Part shown: piece after piece, positions 61,313-64,000 of the stretch | Numbering within the stretch: position 1 is the first letter of the stretch | How the letters are laid out: each line of letters opens with the position of its first letter | NCBI RefSeq assembly: GCF_016432865.1 | Contig: NC_067399.1 | Coordinates: 567,486,001 to 567,550,000 of the forward strand | Direction: 5' to 3' | Length of the DNA stretch: 64,000 bases | Source: Antechinus flavipes | Lineage: Eukaryota | Translations under genes and position numbers: made by a program | Notes under the pieces: generated by a model | What the model was told of the DNA's origin: nothing | The model's input: only the letters and a program-made list of their open reading frames with translations | The model's database searches: none

Positions 61313-62650
61313 AAATATACATAAATATATTTATACAGCTATACAAAAGTATAAGTAAAATTAAATTAAATGGTCAAAATACTATTTTTCTTTTCTTTTT
61401 TTGGAGAGCCAGTAGCTAAAATTTTGCCAGCACACTGCTTTCCAAAACTTTCCAAAGTGTGAGTAAATATGGAAAGAAGAAAGGTCCCTATGACATTGTG
61501 TGTACAAAGGGCTCTGAAAGTTTCTTCCCAGAATATTATCAAACCAGTGTATATATGTGGTATAATGGAAGGAGAACCACATTAGAACAGCTCACTCTTG
61601 TTGGGATTTGGACCAAAATACTTCTGGGATCACTGTTTGCTAGATGACATCTTTATTCACATCTGGCCTGAAATTCAGCTTTTTCCCTCTCATTTGTTCT
61701 TTGCTCCCCTCCTTTAAGCCTGAGAACTGCATCCCAAATGTTCCTTCCAAAGGATGTTGGCCACTGCCAAGGGAACAGTTTTGACTCCTTTCTCTCCACC
61801 TCAGGACAGAGGCCTAGGTGTTCTTGACCCTAGCACTGATGGTCTAGTGCTAAGCAGTGACCCCTATAGAGTCTGATGTCCCCACTCCCCATAATTCTCG
61901 CCAGGCATACAGGGCTATTAAAGACCTGAAGGAAAGAAAGTGGTTGCATTTTGGAAAGAAGCTGAATAAAGTGATTTATTGCACTTAAGGAAAGCACAAA
62001 TCAAAGTTCTGAACAGATGGAATAGCAAAAGGGGTTAAGTAAAGAGAAAGTTGCAAGGAGCCTTGTCATTCTGATTGGAGCGAAGACCCAGGAAGAACAG
62101 ACGATTCAATGAGTCCAAAATAGAACATGCCAGGGAGGAGTGTAACCCCACCCTGCCTTGCCCTCCCTCCCCCTCCAGCACCTCACACCTCCCTGTGGTG
62201 CATTCAGCCCAGAGGGATAGAAGACGTTTCCTCCCATGTTTCCAAAGGATGCGAAAGCCACAATTCTCACTTTGTTGTGTCTTCACTGAGAATGAGAACA
62301 GTAATTACCACTGGCCGTAAAAGAACCCACCATCCGGCCAGGTTAGAAGAAGCAAGGTGGTAGGAGCATCGACTTTAAAGCAGGGAGGTACCTTAGAGGT
62401 CATAGAGTCTAAATTACTCTCATTTTACCGATAAGAGGAATTGAGAACCAGAGAGATTTAAGGGTCCACAGAGGGAGAAAGTAGCAAAAGGATTAAACCT
62501 CAATCCTCTGACCTCCAAATCCACTGTCCTTTCTTTCCATTGTACCAAGATCTCACGGAATAAAACCAAGACACCCTAGCAGAAAGTTCCCAGGAATTTT
62601 CCACTGCTAAATTGCCACTGCTAACATTAAGTTCTCAGGGAAATCCCATC

Positions 62651-62898
62651 TTTTTTTCCTTTTTTATTAAATCATTTTATTTTCAAAACATATGCATAGA
62701 TAATTTTCAACATCCACCCTTGCAAAACCTTGTATTGCAATTTTTTCCCCATCTTTCCTCCCACCCCCTCCCCAAGATGGCAGGTAATCCAATAGATGTT
62801 AAACATGGGCAATTCTTCTATACATATTTCCATAATTATCATGCTACACAAGAAAAATCAAATCAAAAAGGGAAAAAATTAGAAAGAAACAAAATGCA
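62651..62898 (-). mobile_element. Young 5'-truncated L1 3' end (dasyurid-type)
   Basis: Poly-T then 'tttattttcaaaacatatgcat..ataattttcaacat..acccttgcaaaaccttgt...caagaaaaatcaaatcaaaaagg'; putative TSD ccatcttt (62646-62653 and 62899-62906). Confidence 0.75.
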
Positions 62899-63048
62899 CC
62901 ATCTTTCTTTCCTTTTCCCCACTATATCTTTTCTCTAGAACTTGAGACAAATATATGGCACAGTGAATAGAGTTCTGAGAAACCTGAGCTCAAAAACAGC
63001 CTCAGATAGTCACTGTGTGACCCTAGACAACTCACTTAACCCTGTTTA

Positions 63049-63509
63049 NNNNNNNNNNNNNNNNNNNNNNNNNNNNNNNNNNNNNNNNNNNNNNNNNNNN
63101 NNNNNNNNNNNNNNNNNNNNNNNNNNNNNNNNNNNNNNNNNNNNNNNNNNNNNNNNNNNNNNNNNNNNNNNNNNNNNNNNNNNNNNNNNNNNNNNNNNNN
63201 NNNNNNNNNNNNNNNNNNNNNNNNNNNNNNNNNNNNNNNNNNNNNNNNNNNNNNNNNNNNNNNNNNNNNNNNNNNNNNNNNNNNNNNNNNNNNNNNNNNN
63301 NNNNNNNNNNNNNNNNNNNNNNNNNNNNNNNNNNNNNNNNNNNNNNNNNNNNNNNNNNNNNNNNNNNNNNNNNNNNNNNNNNNNNNNNNNNNNNNNNNNN
63401 NNNNNNNNNNNNNNNNNNNNNNNNNNNNNNNNNNNNNNNNNNNNNNNNNNNNNNNNNNNNNNNNNNNNNNNNNNNNNNNNNNNNNNNNNNNNNNNNNNNN
63501 NNNNNNNNN
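63049..63509. other. Assembly gap
   Basis: 461 consecutive N. Confidence 1.
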
Positions 63510-63929
63510 CTCAGTGGGGAAGTTCCTATTCACAAAGGCTGCCATTTGCCCTTCATTCTCAAAGATAACCAAAACATTATGGAGGTAATGGCATGTCATA
63601 CAAGCATATGTTGACTATGAAATGCTTATTCCCAACTTCCCCTCCACTACTTATATTCATTGGTATAAAATTCAGAATGGAAGCTATATATAAAGAAGTA
63701 AGTTCCAAGTTGTTGCTCAGCTTAGTGGATTGATGCAGTCATTCAGTTTTATTTCCTAGTTCCTTTAGCTTTTCTAGACTGAGTTCCTCTATTCAAATCT
63801 ACAAACATTTTTAAAGTGCCTAGTAGGATGTGCAAGACTCTTCTCTAGGTAGATACTAGAAGTGCAAAGAATGAATTTTCAGATGAGGAGGCTATCTCTA
63901 GAGTTCTTAAGAGCACTGAGAGCTGCTAT

Positions 63930-64000
63930 GGGGCAGCAATGGATAAAGAATCAGACCTGGAGTCAGGAAGATCTGAATTCAAATCTGCCCTCAGGTACTA
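63930..64000 (+). mobile_element. CORE-SINE head (truncated by window end)
   Basis: 'ggggcagcaatggataaagaatcagacctggagtcaggaagatctgaattcaaatctgccctcag'. Confidence 0.65.

Noticed and set aside
774-64000. tRNA-like A/B-box sequences; CRISPR arrays or other prokaryotic systems
   Set aside because: The box motifs are CORE-SINE heads, not tRNA genes. There are no regular repeat-spacer arrays or gene-dense operons; the DNA is mammalian.

Overview
Marsupial genomic DNA with five N-gaps. WSINE1, MAR1, WALLSI4 and a dasyurid-type L1 3' end point to an Australian dasyurid, possibly Tasmanian devil; the species call is an inference. The only protein-coding feature I can support is the first coding exon of NTRK3 (TrkC) on the minus strand (32255-32502, 248 nt, phase-2 GTAAGT donor). 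Upstream of it lie a 105-nt 5'UTR intron that appears to be GC-AG, a 5'UTR exon with two short uORFs, and a CpG-island promoter rich in simple repeats. Positions 1-32254 are part of the long first coding intron; the next exon is not in the window. Positions ~33.2-64 kb are upstream sequence dominated by MIR/MAR1/L2/CR1 fragments. The other ORFs in the track look like noise from microsatellites, low-complexity DNA or N-runs. I see no new multi-gene system. The most interesting signals are regulatory or evolutionary: (1) tandem uORFs plus a weak GC-donor intron that may tune TrkC translation; (2) two intronic patches where old TE copies appear to have gained CpGs; (3) all seven intronic CA/TG microsatellites read (UG)n on the pre-mRNA; (4) a near-perfect intronic CTCF motif; (5) a 22-nt L2-like leader shared by two MAR1 copies. 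Comparisons to human sequence and repeat consensuses are from memory and need checking.
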